Source of the DNA: Polyangiaceae bacterium
GTDB lineage: Bacteria; Myxococcota_A; Polyangia; Polyangiales; Polyangiaceae
Assembly: GCA_044376115.1 (NCBI GenBank)
Contig: JBILLK010000014.1
Span: forward strand, 160,001-224,000
Length of the DNA stretch: 64,000 nt
Direction: 5' to 3'
Position 1 is the stretch's first letter. Each line of letters begins with the position of its first letter. Below, piece by piece: positions 27,859-36,876 of this stretch. The notes beneath the pieces were generated by a model, which did no database searches, was not told the origin of the DNA, and saw only the letters and a program-made list of their open reading frames with translations. The translations under genes were made by a program, and so were the position numbers.

Positions 27859-28170
27859 TCAGGCCCCTACCGTAAACGGTAGAAGAGCGATGTTACGGGC
27901 GCGCTTGATCGACAGAGTGACCTTGCGCTGGTGAAGGGCGCAGTTGCCGCTGATGCGGCGCGGAACCACTTTGCCTCGCTCGGAGACGAAGTACTTCAGC
28001 GACTGCGGGTCTTTGTAATCGATGACGAGGGCCTTGTCGGCGCAGAAGCGGCAAACGCGCTTGCGACCGAGACGGCGACGTCCGGGGGCATCCGAGTTGA
28101 GGTCCGGCGTGCGACCGAACTCACGGTCGTCGTCGAATGCTCCTTTGTACTCCTGAATGTCACGGCTCAT
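27859..28170 (-). CDS. rpsR: 30S ribosomal protein S18 (Zn-binding C+ type)
   Basis: [34 protein letters not shown]. Confidence 0.97.
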   Translation of the reverse strand: MSRDIQEYKGAFDDDREFGRTPDLNSDAPGRRRLGRKRVCRFCADKALVIDYKDPQSLKYFVSERGKVVPRRISGNCALHQRKVTLSIKRARNIALLPFTVGA

Positions 28171-28172
28171 GT

Positions 28173-28691
28173 TCAGGCTCCTTCCTCTTCACCAAGTTCG
28201 AGCTCGCCTTCGGGCTCTTCAACGTAGTCACCCTCCGGACGCGGTGCGCGCTCCGGCTCAATCAGGCCAAGCTGACGCTCGCGAGAATCTTCACGATCCT
28301 CCTCGAGGGGCGGAAGCTCAACGCGCTCGAACTTCACCTCTTCAGCGTTGACGGCGACAGCAGCCACCTCAACGTCATTCGCGGTGAGTACCGTCTGGTA
28401 CTTGAGCACGCCGTCACTGAGACGAAGGCTGCGCTCAACCTCGGAAACGACGCGGCCGTCTCCCAGGTACTTGAGGTACACGTACACACCACGCTTGTGC
28501 TTGGCGATGTCGTACGCGAGGCGACGACGACCCCAGAGCTCAACCTTGGTGAGGGTGCCCTTCTCTTTTTGAACGACCTCTTGAACGCGCAGACCGAGCT
28601 TCTCAGCGGCTTCGCCGTCGATGTCGGGACGCAGGATGTAGATCGTTTCGTACTCTCGGGCCCTACCGGGCGCCGTAACCATTCGACTCAT
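28173..28691 (-). CDS. rpsF: 30S ribosomal protein S6 with a long acidic tail
   Basis: [21 protein letters not shown]; ends [15 protein letters not shown]. Confidence 0.96.
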   Translation of the reverse strand: MSRMVTAPGRAREYETIYILRPDIDGEAAEKLGLRVQEVVQKEKGTLTKVELWGRRRLAYDIAKHKRGVYVYLKYLGDGRVVSEVERSLRLSDGVLKYQTVLTANDVEVAAVAVNAEEVKFERVELPPLEEDREDSRERQLGLIEPERAPRPEGDYVEEPEGELELGEEEGA

Positions 28692-28695
28692 GGGA

Positions 28696-28742
28696 TTCCC
28701 CTTGGACAAGGCCCCTCGGGCGAACCGAGGAGCGAGGAGGAA
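28696..28742 (-). promoter_or_regulatory. Candidate S6:S18 ribosomal-protein leader RNA
   Basis: UUCCUC..[GCUCCUCGG-UUCGC-CCGAGGGGC]CUUGUCC-AAGGGGAA: the outer stem sequesters the SD, and a CC-containing internal loop precedes it. Confidence 0.6.
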
Positions 28743-28749
28743 CTCTCGA

Positions 28750-29340
28750 CTAGGCCTGCGACTTTGACGAAGGCTTCGTGTTGAGTTTGTTCATTGCGGG
28801 GGTCACCCCGCGGGCGAGGACCTCTAGCACAGAAGCCCGCGCGCGAGACAAGACATCACTCAACGCAATTCGTTCATCCATCGAAAAACCGGACAGGACG
28901 AAGTCAGCGACGTCGCCTCGAAAGCCGGCGGGCGGTCGACCGATACCCATGCGCAGTCTCACGAACTCTGGCGAGCCCAGCGACTGAATGATCGAACGCA
29001 GGCCGTTGTGACCCGCATGACCGCCACCAACCTTCAGCCGAAGCTCGGCGAACGGCACATCTAGCTCGTCGTGAATCACCATCACGTTGCTAACCGGGAC
29101 CTTCAGAAACGCCGCGGCTGGCTGCACCGATTGCCCCGAGCGGTTCATGAAGGTCTGCGGCTTGAGCAGCAGGATCTCCTCGGCACCAGCGCGAGCTTTC
29201 GCGATCTCGCCCGAGAACTTCGCTCGGAAAGGGTCAGCGCCTAACTCGCGCGCAAGCTCATCCACGAGCATGAAGCCCACGTTGTGCCGATGCGAAGCGT
29301 ACTCCGCGCCCGGATTGCCCAAACCAACGATCAACCACAT
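28750..29340 (-). CDS. pth: Peptidyl-tRNA hydrolase
   Basis: LIVGLGNPG..Y...RHNVGF, KPQTFMN.SG, HDELD, GHNGLRS, RLR.GIGRP. Confidence 0.98.
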   Translation of the reverse strand: MWLIVGLGNPGAEYASHRHNVGFMLVDELARELGADPFRAKFSGEIAKARAGAEEILLLKPQTFMNRSGQSVQPAAAFLKVPVSNVMVIHDELDVPFAELRLKVGGGHAGHNGLRSIIQSLGSPEFVRLRMGIGRPPAGFRGDVADFVLSGFSMDERIALSDVLSRARASVLEVLARGVTPAMNKLNTKPSSKSQA

Positions 29341-29439
29341 AGGCCAGCCACAAACGAGATGGACTCACCCCACCGAAGTGAGGCGAGCCCAACGCGAAGA
29401 AAGCGCGCTCTCGGCTTTTCAGCCCGGCGCAAACCCAAA

Positions 29440-30099
29440 CTACTTCTTCTTGGCGGCAGCAGGCTTCGCAGCGGCAGCCGGAGCAGCCTTGGCGTCTTTG
29501 CCTGCCGGAGCAGCAGCGGCCTTGGCCTCTTCCTCGGTGGCCTTCTCGGGAGCAACGACGGAAGCAACCGTCTGCTCGGCGGGCAGGCGAACGCTGACGC
29601 CCTCCGGCAAGTTCAACTGGTGAACCTTGGTGGAGTCACCGAGACCGAGCTCCGTCACGTCGAGCTCGATGTGGGTCGGAATTTTGCCGGGGAGGCTGCG
29701 GATCGGCAGCACGCGGAAAACCTGCTGCAACAAGCCGCCGACGACGATGCCCTTGGCTTTGCCGATCAGCTTGAACGGCACGGACACGTCCACCGGCTCG
29801 TTCATGTCGACCTGGAGGAAGTCAACGTGCACGTAGGCGCGAGACACGGGGTGGTGCGCGTAATCGCGAACCATGGCCATGATGCGCTCGCCGTCTTTGA
29901 CGTCGAGTTCGAGCACGTTGTTGGTACCGTGGGCACCGGTGATAGCGACGCGCAGCGCCTTGGGATCAACCGCCAGCGCGGTAGCGGCGAGCTTCTTGCC
30001 GTAGGCGATCGCCGGGATCTTCCCGTCAACGCGCAAACGACGCGAAGGGCCTTTGCCTTGGTTGACGCGCTTCTCTGCTGCGAGCTTCACAATTTCCAT
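29440..30099 (-). CDS. rplY: 50S ribosomal protein L25/Ctc (long form)
   Basis: GKG.SRRLR..G.IPA..YG, HVDF, C-terminal Ctc domain and Ala/Lys tail. Confidence 0.96.
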   Translation of the reverse strand: MEIVKLAAEKRVNQGKGPSRRLRVDGKIPAIAYGKKLAATALAVDPKALRVAITGAHGTNNVLELDVKDGERIMAMVRDYAHHPVSRAYVHVDFLQVDMNEPVDVSVPFKLIGKAKGIVVGGLLQQVFRVLPIRSLPGKIPTHIELDVTELGLGDSTKVHQLNLPEGVSVRLPAEQTVASVVAPEKATEEEAKAAAAPAGKDAKAAPAAAAKPAAAKKK

Positions 30100-30206
30100 G
30101 GTGCAATCTCCGAACGATCCAAAAACGGGTGGGCTTCCTAGCAGAGCTTTGCGGACTCGTACAGAAGATAGTCGGCTCGGCTTGGGGGCACCCCTTCGCC
30201 GAGGTT

Positions 30207-30366
30207 GACTTCAAGTCCGTCTTAATGGTCAAAGTTTGATCCATGCATGGATCGACCGACCGTCAATCAATGGTTGGATTGAGCTGAATCGCTTCAGCTG
30301 CCTTGCAAAAAGCCCGTGAGAACAGCTGTGAACGGTATGCACCCGTCTTCGGCATGCTGTGTGCCA
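30207..30366. promoter_or_regulatory. Cluster of dyad elements and a two-way sigma54-like site in the divergent rplY/lipoprotein spacer
   Basis: Perfect palindrome GATCCATGCATGGATC 30238-30253; GACTT-C-AAGTC; TCAATC..GATTGA; AGCTGAA-N4-TTCAGCT; GGCATGCTGTGTGCCA gives GG-N10-GC on both strands. Confidence 0.45.
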
Positions 30367-30376
30367 GGGGGGGAGC

Positions 30377-31420
30377 ATGGGCAACATGGGCAACGCGCAG
30401 CGGTTCATTGGTTTGATCTCTCTGACGCTTCTGGGTGCGGCCTACGCGGGCTGCGTAAATGGCTCGGACCTCGACGGAAGCGGGGGCAGTGATGGAGAGA
30501 ATCGACCTAACAGCGGCTCGGCGGGAGAATCCAGCTCGTCCAGCGGGGACTCGAGTTCGAGCGGCGAGGCAGGATCGAGTTCGAGCGGTGGTCCCGCGAC
30601 GTGCGACGATCCCGCAACGCCCTGTTTTGATCAGGCCTGCTTGGACATGGGCAAGCCGTTCATCCCGGCCGACGTGTTTCCGCCTTGCCCGACCGACATT
30701 TGCTCGAGTGGCGGCCACTGCGTGGCCAACGGCAACGTTCCTGGTAGCCAAGCGGACCTTCTCGCTGCCTGCGACGCCGACAATAAGTGCGTGCCCGATC
30801 GCTTGATCGAGACCAAAGGCAGCCCTGAGCCCATCGTTTGCGAGTCGTTGTTCGGTGCCGAAGGCCGCTGCCTTTCCGAGTGCATCCCGCAAGTAAAAGA
30901 GCAGGGCATCACCAACGGCTTACCCACCGCTGGCTGCGACGCCGGCCACTTCTGCGTTCCTTGCTACAGTCCCATCGACGGCTCCGACACCGGCGCCTGC
31001 ACGCTGGGCAACCCTGGTTGTGACGCACCGCAAGAGCCTCCCGCCGCGTTCAAGGAATGTTGCGCCGACAAGGGCGGCGGCAAATGCATCCCGCTTTCGA
31101 TCGTTGGAGCAGCCGCAGACCAGCTCGACAAGGAGGAGTGCGCAAGCTTGGGTCAGCCTGATTCCGCTTGCGTGCCCAACGTCATCTTCGACGCGCAACA
31201 AGCGGGTGCAACGCAGATCATCTGGCCCAGCTGCACCACCGGTGGATTCATCGGCGGCGGCGCAGAGGGCGTTTGCGTCCCCAAGTGCGTCCCGTCTGCT
31301 GACTCGTTCCTCGTGAGCCAAGGGGACTGCAGCGAAGACTACGAGAACTGTGCGCCGTGCGAGATGGAGGTGTTGGGCTTTCCGATCGACACCGGCGCGT
31401 GCGAGCCCGTCAACCTCTAG
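30377..31420 (+). CDS. Cys-rich lipoprotein with Ser/Gly linker
   Basis: AAYAGC lipobox, SSSSG repeats, repeated C..C(V/I)P modules. Confidence 0.8.
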   Translation: MGNMGNAQRFIGLISLTLLGAAYAGCVNGSDLDGSGGSDGENRPNSGSAGESSSSSGDSSSSGEAGSSSSGGPATCDDPATPCFDQACLDMGKPFIPADVFPPCPTDICSSGGHCVANGNVPGSQADLLAACDADNKCVPDRLIETKGSPEPIVCESLFGAEGRCLSECIPQVKEQGITNGLPTAGCDAGHFCVPCYSPIDGSDTGACTLGNPGCDAPQEPPAAFKECCADKGGGKCIPLSIVGAAADQLDKEECASLGQPDSACVPNVIFDAQQAGATQIIWPSCTTGGFIGGGAEGVCVPKCVPSADSFLVSQGDCSEDYENCAPCEMEVLGFPIDTGACEPVNL

Positions 31421-31436
31421 TCCGCTGTACTGAAGA

Positions 31437-31460
31437 GCGCCGCACGTACGAACGCGGCGC
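31437..31460. terminator. Hairpin between convergent genes
   Basis: GCGCCGC-N10-GCGGCGC, no T tract. Confidence 0.35.
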
Positions 31461-31467
31461 CTCCACC

Positions 31468-32415
31468 TCAAACGAACAGCGAACTGACCGAGTCGGAGTT
31501 GTGAATCCGGCGAATGGCCTCGGCCATCAGCCGAGCAATGCTGACGACCTTGAACTTGCCGCTCGCCTTGGCCTCCTCCGACTGAGCGATCGAGTTGGTG
31601 ATGATCACCTCGGACAGTGGCGAATCAATGATGCGTTTGACGGCGGGCCCGGAGAGCACAGCATGCGTTGCACAGGCTGCGACCTCCTTCGCGCCAGCCT
31701 TCATCAGCGCTTGCGCGGCATTCACCAGCGTACCGGCCGTGTCGATCATGTCGTCCAGGATCAGGCAACGGCGGCCCTCGACGTCACCGATGATGTGCAT
31801 CACCTCGCTGACGTTGGCCTTCTCGCGGCGCTTGTCGATGATAGCCAGAGCACCGTGCAGCCGCTTCGAGTAGGCGCGCGCCCGCTCGACACCGCCCGCA
31901 TCCGGGGAGACCACCACGACGTCATTGGCCGAGTAGTTGGCTTTCAGATGTTGGTCCAAAAGTGCCGGCATGGCGAACAAGTGATCAAACGGAATGTTGA
32001 AGAAGCCCTGGATCTGGGCTGCATGGAGGTCCAACGCGACGATGCGATTGACGCCGGCAGCGACAATCAGATCCGCCACGAGCTTCGACGTGATGGGCGT
32101 GCGGGGCGCGACCTTGCGATCTTGCCGGGCGTAGCCGTAGTAGGGGATCACCGCCGTGATCGACCCTGCCGACGCCCGCCGCAGAGCGTCCACCATGATC
32201 AGCAGTTCCATCACATGGTCGTTGACCGGAGCGCTCGTCGACTGAACCACATAGGTGTCGACGCCGCGAACGTTCTCCTGAATTTCACAGAAGGTCTCCC
32301 CGTCACTAAAACGCGACACCTTCGCCTTGCCTACAGGCAACTCGAGATGCTGGCAGATCTCCGACGAGAGTTGGGGATTCGCGTTGCCGGAGAAGATGCT
32401 GACCCGCTTAAACAT
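31468..32415 (-). CDS. prs: Ribose-phosphate pyrophosphokinase
   Basis: [42 protein letters not shown]. Confidence 0.98.
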   Translation of the reverse strand: MFKRVSIFSGNANPQLSSEICQHLELPVGKAKVSRFSDGETFCEIQENVRGVDTYVVQSTSAPVNDHVMELLIMVDALRRASAGSITAVIPYYGYARQDRKVAPRTPITSKLVADLIVAAGVNRIVALDLHAAQIQGFFNIPFDHLFAMPALLDQHLKANYSANDVVVVSPDAGGVERARAYSKRLHGALAIIDKRREKANVSEVMHIIGDVEGRRCLILDDMIDTAGTLVNAAQALMKAGAKEVAACATHAVLSGPAVKRIIDSPLSEVIITNSIAQSEEAKASGKFKVVSIARLMAEAIRRIHNSDSVSSLFV

Positions 32416-32599
32416 GCCGCACCTCGAAAGACTGCGGGGCGCGTACCAGCCGCAGTGAGCGCCGTCAAGCGGCGTCTACGACACGTTCACTCGAACGGCG
32501 CCGCACACGGGACGGTCCCGCGACCGATTGAGCGAAACACTCGCGGAGATTGAGCAAGCTTGCACCGAGTCGACAGATGGGTGAACGAAGCAGCTCGCC

Positions 32600-33502
32600 A
32601 TGTCAGCCATCGTCGTGATCGGAAACTTCGACGGCGTGCACCGTGGGCACGCACACGTGCTCGTCGAGGCCCGCGCCGAAGCAACGCTGCGGGGGCTGGA
32701 ACTCATGCTGCTCTCGTTCACTCCGCATCCGCGCGCGGTGCTCGGTGGAAGCGCGCCGCCGCTGCTCACCTCTCCGCGGCGCAAACAAGAGTTGGTCGCG
32801 ACGATCGATGCGCAGGCGCGAGTGGTCTTGCATCCTTTTGACCGCACCTATGCGGCCCAGTCGCCGAGTCAGTTCGCCGAGCGGTTGCGCGCCGAATTGG
32901 ATGCGCGCGTCGTGGTCGTGGGGCAGAACTTTCGCTTTGGTAAAGAACGGGCAGGCAACTTCGACACGCTCCGAGCCCTCGGAGTCGAGGTCGGTTTCGA
33001 AACCAAGTCGCTGTCACTGCTCGGGGACGAAAGTGGGCCGTTCTCTTCGACGCGCGCGCGCAAGGCGATCCAGACGGGCGATCTCGACGAGGCACGCAAC
33101 GTTCTGGGCCGACCACATATGCTCAGCGGCTTCGTTGGGCGCGGCAAACAGCTGGGCCGGACCATCGGCTTTCCAACGGCCAACCTCGTCGAGGTACCCG
33201 AGGTGCTCCCGCCTTTCGGAATTTACGCCGTGCTCGTCGAGGATGAAGCGAGTGGCACCGTGATCGCCAAGGGCGCGATGAACGTTGGCACGAACCCGAC
33301 CACCGACGCGGATGACGGCGTAAAGGTGGAGGTCTTCCTGCTCGACTTCGACGGTGACTTGTACGGCAGGCGGCTGCGCGTGCACGTGAAGCATCGGCTG
33401 CGCGAAGAGCGCAAGTTCGACTCACTCGAGGCCCTCGTCACGCAAATGACACTCGACGTTGCGGAGTCGCGGCGCCTGCTCGAGGCAGACGGTCAGCTTT
33501 AG
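32600..33502 (+). CDS. ribF: Bifunctional riboflavin kinase/FAD synthetase
   Basis: IGNFDGVHRGH, F.PHP, G.NFRFG, SST..R, GRTIGFPTAN, DLYG, R.E.KF. Confidence 0.96.
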   Translation: MSAIVVIGNFDGVHRGHAHVLVEARAEATLRGLELMLLSFTPHPRAVLGGSAPPLLTSPRRKQELVATIDAQARVVLHPFDRTYAAQSPSQFAERLRAELDARVVVVGQNFRFGKERAGNFDTLRALGVEVGFETKSLSLLGDESGPFSSTRARKAIQTGDLDEARNVLGRPHMLSGFVGRGKQLGRTIGFPTANLVEVPEVLPPFGIYAVLVEDEASGTVIAKGAMNVGTNPTTDADDGVKVEVFLLDFDGDLYGRRLRVHVKHRLREERKFDSLEALVTQMTLDVAESRRLLEADGQL

Positions 33503-33588
33503 GCGGCGGCGTATCGCGCGTTCACGTTGGGGCGGCCATCGCTGGACTGTCCGGTTCCCACCTGCCGCGGCTGTGGTAGGGTCCCGCC

Positions 33589-34962
33589 ATGGACCGGAAA
33601 GAGCTCGAAACGCTGTCGCGTGAAGCCCTGATCGAAAAGGCAACATCACTCGGAGTCGTGCGTCCCCGCGCACTCACCGTTCCTGAGCTGATCGATGAGA
33701 TTGTACGCGCAGACCAACGCGGAGCCCGCACCTCGCGAGGGTGGTTCGGCCGTGCGCGTGACCTGCTTACGAGCGTGATCGATCGCGGACTCGCGACCGA
33801 CGCAAAGCGGCCCAACGAAGGCCGGCCGATCGCGAGCGCGCCCCCTCCTCTGCCCACCGTCACGCTGGCGGAGATTTACGCTGCGCAAGGTCACCTCGAA
33901 CGTGCCATCGCGACGCTCGACGAAGTCCTGCTCAAAGACCCCAGCCACCAAGAGGCCGCTGCGTTGCGCGAGCGCTTCGTCGCCCAGGTTCAGAAGACGA
34001 AGCCCTCGTCTCCGCCCCCAGTCTTGGAGGCCGTTCCGACCCAGCTCGAGTCTGTCGCCAGCGTTGGGGACGCAGAGCCAACGGCAGCTGAAGCCAAGCT
34101 GGAGCCCGAGCAAGCTGCGCCCGAGCAAGCTGCTGAGCTCGCCTCCGACAGCCCGGCTGCAAGCGACGACGCAGCTGAGCAAGCCCCGCTTGCCGAGCTT
34201 GCCGCCCAAGCGGTGGAAGACGCGGACGCAGAGGACGACGCGGAGGCCGAGCTCCCCACCTTCGAGGTTGATGAGGTGGTCGCCCTCGCGATCGATCCGC
34301 ACACCGTCTACCTCTATTGGGAGGTTCGCCCAGCAACCTTTGCTGCCGCTCGGAGCGGACAGGCATCGGGCGCGCTGACCATCCGCGTGGTAACCGTCGT
34401 TCCTGGGGAGCCAGCGCCCCAAACCACCGTGCGAGACATCGAGGTTGAAGCGCTGTTTGGCGAGCTGTTTCTTTACGGTGTGCCAGCCCAGGCCAACGTG
34501 CGGGTGTCCATCGGCTACAAGTCCCACGAGCGCACCACGACCATCGCGGTGGGCGCTGCCGTTACAACGGGAGAAGCGGTGCTCACCGAGTCGGCCGACG
34601 AGTTTGCGCCGTTCGCCATCGGCAGCTCGATCACGACCCCTCGCGCTGCACCGTCCACAGACGTCGCGCGGGTCAACCGCAGCTGGAGTGAAGCCCAGGC
34701 GCCGCAGCGCCCCCTCGCAGGGGACTCGTTCGAGTGGGCTGAGACGGATGGGTCCGACGGCCTCACGGCGCGCTTCCCTGCTGGCGTTTGGGTAGATCCC
34801 TCGTTGCGCGTCGTGCACGTGGCCAACCTGGGCGAGAGTCGTGACGAGGCCCGCGTGACGAGCTGGTCCAATGGCGCCTCTGAGCTGGTGCGCTCGGACA
34901 TCGTGTGGGCCTCCAACCTGACCGAGGCGTCCTCCTTCGTTCACGCTGGGCTGCTGCGCTAG
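33589..34962 (+). CDS. Rho-N-like + single TPR + DUF4912-like domain protein
   Basis: LE.LSRE.LI..A..LGV; PTVTLAEIYAAQGH.ERA; ALAIDP.TVYLYWE. Confidence 0.7.
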   Translation: MDRKELETLSREALIEKATSLGVVRPRALTVPELIDEIVRADQRGARTSRGWFGRARDLLTSVIDRGLATDAKRPNEGRPIASAPPPLPTVTLAEIYAAQGHLERAIATLDEVLLKDPSHQEAAALRERFVAQVQKTKPSSPPPVLEAVPTQLESVASVGDAEPTAAEAKLEPEQAAPEQAAELASDSPAASDDAAEQAPLAELAAQAVEDADAEDDAEAELPTFEVDEVVALAIDPHTVYLYWEVRPATFAAARSGQASGALTIRVVTVVPGEPAPQTTVRDIEVEALFGELFLYGVPAQANVRVSIGYKSHERTTTIAVGAAVTTGEAVLTESADEFAPFAIGSSITTPRAAPSTDVARVNRSWSEAQAPQRPLAGDSFEWAETDGSDGLTARFPAGVWVDPSLRVVHVANLGESRDEARVTSWSNGASELVRSDIVWASNLTEASSFVHAGLLR

Positions 34963-35042
34963 GCCCTTTCGGCTCTCTTGGGCAGGGCGGATTTAGTTAC
35001 GCCCAATACGCAACCGCCAGCGGCAATGGGTGAAAGAGCATC

Positions 35043-35996
35043 ATGAAACGATGCTCTGCTCGCTCCGCTATCCCCGGCTTGCTGCTCCTCTTCTTCCAAA
35101 GCCAGGCTCTCGCGCAGGAGCTGGACATGCCCAGCGCGGTGCTTGGCTGGGAGGTGGAAGACGTTGAGCTCACCCCACCTCCAAAGCTCGAAATCTCACC
35201 GGCGGTTTCGCTTCGGTTCCGCGACGCGGAGCGCTTCGAGGCCGCTGGTTTTCTCTTGATTGGCGGCACCTTCGACGCAGCGGTCGCGGGCTCACCGCCT
35301 GCAGCAGCGGAGGAGCTCGACCACGAGGCGGAGCTGCGTGCGGCGCTCCACGCCGACGGTCTCTTCGTCGAAGAGATGGTGAAGGCCGCCCTCGCCGCAC
35401 ACCGCAGTGCCGACTTCGCCGACACGCTGGAGACGATGGCTGTGCGAGCGCGTTTGACCGGCCTTGTCCCTGAGCTGAAGCTGCGTTTGGCTCGCGAGGT
35501 CGCCGAAGATCAGTCGCTCGCTCCAACCGAATATGATCCCGACCGATTGACGCTGCGAGGTGGCGTCTCCACCTGGCTCGAGGCTCGTGCAAGTTTCAAC
35601 CTCGACCATCTCGTGTTTTCAGCGGACGAACCGGGCCTACTCAAACTCTCGCTCGATCGAGCCAAGTTCGAGCGTGAGCTTGTCTCGGACCTGCTAACCG
35701 CCTTCACCGCTTGGCAAAAGGCGAAGGGCGCCCAACTCGACCCGCTCGCTGCAGAGAATGACGCGTGGCTCGCCGTGATCGTGGAGGAGGCCAAGCTCGA
35801 CGCTCTCACGGGTGGCTGGTTCTCTCAGCGACGCTCGCGGGTCTCCGTGAGTGCGAGAGCTGCGACGAGGTCGGAACCAAAGCCAGCGCCAGGCTCAAAT
35901 AAAGTTGTCGGAGAGCGTGACCCGAGTCGTGTCGCTCTCGGTGTCCCCATCGCTGTCAGTGATCTTGATACGCAGATCGAGCCGCTCGCCGAGTAG
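35043..35996 (+). CDS. Exported hypothetical protein
   Basis: Signal peptide ALAQ; RAR..GLVPEL.LR and LDALTGGWFS motifs; tail overlaps the next gene. Confidence 0.65.
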   Translation: MKRCSARSAIPGLLLLFFQSQALAQELDMPSAVLGWEVEDVELTPPPKLEISPAVSLRFRDAERFEAAGFLLIGGTFDAAVAGSPPAAAEELDHEAELRAALHADGLFVEEMVKAALAAHRSADFADTLETMAVRARLTGLVPELKLRLAREVAEDQSLAPTEYDPDRLTLRGGVSTWLEARASFNLDHLVFSADEPGLLKLSLDRAKFERELVSDLLTAFTAWQKAKGAQLDPLAAENDAWLAVIVEEAKLDALTGGWFSQRRSRVSVSARAATRSEPKPAPGSNKVVGERDPSRVALGVPIAVSDLDTQIEPLAE

Positions 35997-36833
35997 CTGT
36001 TCAATCGGGTGAGCCTCGTCATCAAGCCGAAAGCGGAGCCCGAAAATCTTGCAGTAATCACCCTCGTCGGGGTCGAACGAAAAGACGATCGAGAACGGCG
36101 TCGGGTCGTAATCGATATCGACGAAGGAGCCAGACACTTCGGTGATCGACCCACCTTGCCGCAGGTTCTTGAGCCGAGCGGCGACCCACACGTGGTAGCC
36201 GCCCTGAGGGCCTTGCTCGACCTGGAGGACCTGCCCTTCATCGATGGCGTGATAGTCGGCCTGGCCCTCACCAAGTACAACCTCGGGCGGCCCGCCAGGC
36301 TTGCAACGGTCGGTGGCATTGCCGCCGACCCAGCCTTCAAAGTAGTCCGGGAGAGAACTGCCGCTCTGTGTCGCCGAGACGCACTCTCCGTCGGTGCAGG
36401 TCGTGCCCTCGCTGCAACTCACGTCGACACAGTCGGTCTCGAGCGAAAGCCGGTACAGCGCGCGCTTGCCATCAACCACGTCGGTGATCGCTGTCTTGGT
36501 CAGCAACACGCGTTCTCCCTGCATCGCAGAGAGCTGAACCGAGAGCGAGCCACCCGGCTCGAGTGCGCCCGAGTCGAGCTCCAACGGAAACGCGAGGTCG
36601 TCCGTGAAGGTGCGCTCGAGGATGGCCTCTCCGTCGAACTCCATTCGCACCGCGAGCGAGGTGATGTCCGACCCTGCGTCGAGCTCGCTCTTGATCCCAA
36701 AAACCACGCTTCCCTCGGCGCCGCCGCAGCTCACCGCCGCTAGCGCCGCAAGCCAAAGTGAGCCGCCAACGAAAACCCTCGCCCCAGCAGCAGCAGTAAG
36801 TAATCGAGCCATAAGGATGCACAAAGCTAACAC
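35895..36833 (-). CDS. Two-domain lipoprotein (myxobacterial GPQGG.H family C-terminal domain)
   Basis: LAAVSC lipobox; C..V.C..G.TC..G.C; QGPQGGYHVW. Confidence 0.7.
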   Translation of the reverse strand: MLALCILMARLLTAAAGARVFVGGSLWLAALAAVSCGGAEGSVVFGIKSELDAGSDITSLAVRMEFDGEAILERTFTDDLAFPLELDSGALEPGGSLSVQLSAMQGERVLLTKTAITDVVDGKRALYRLSLETDCVDVSCSEGTTCTDGECVSATQSGSSLPDYFEGWVGGNATDRCKPGGPPEVVLGEGQADYHAIDEGQVLQVEQGPQGGYHVWVAARLKNLRQGGSITEVSGSFVDIDYDPTPFSIVFSFDPDEGDYCKIFGLRFRLDDEAHPIEQLLGERLDLRIKITDSDGDTESDTTRVTLSDNFI

Positions 36834-36876
36834 GCCGGGCTAAGCCCGGCGTGTTCAGCACAAACAGCGCGTTGGT

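Noticed and set aside
31357..32553. 398-aa ORF antisense to prs
   Set aside because: Codon-bias mirror ORF of a conserved gene.
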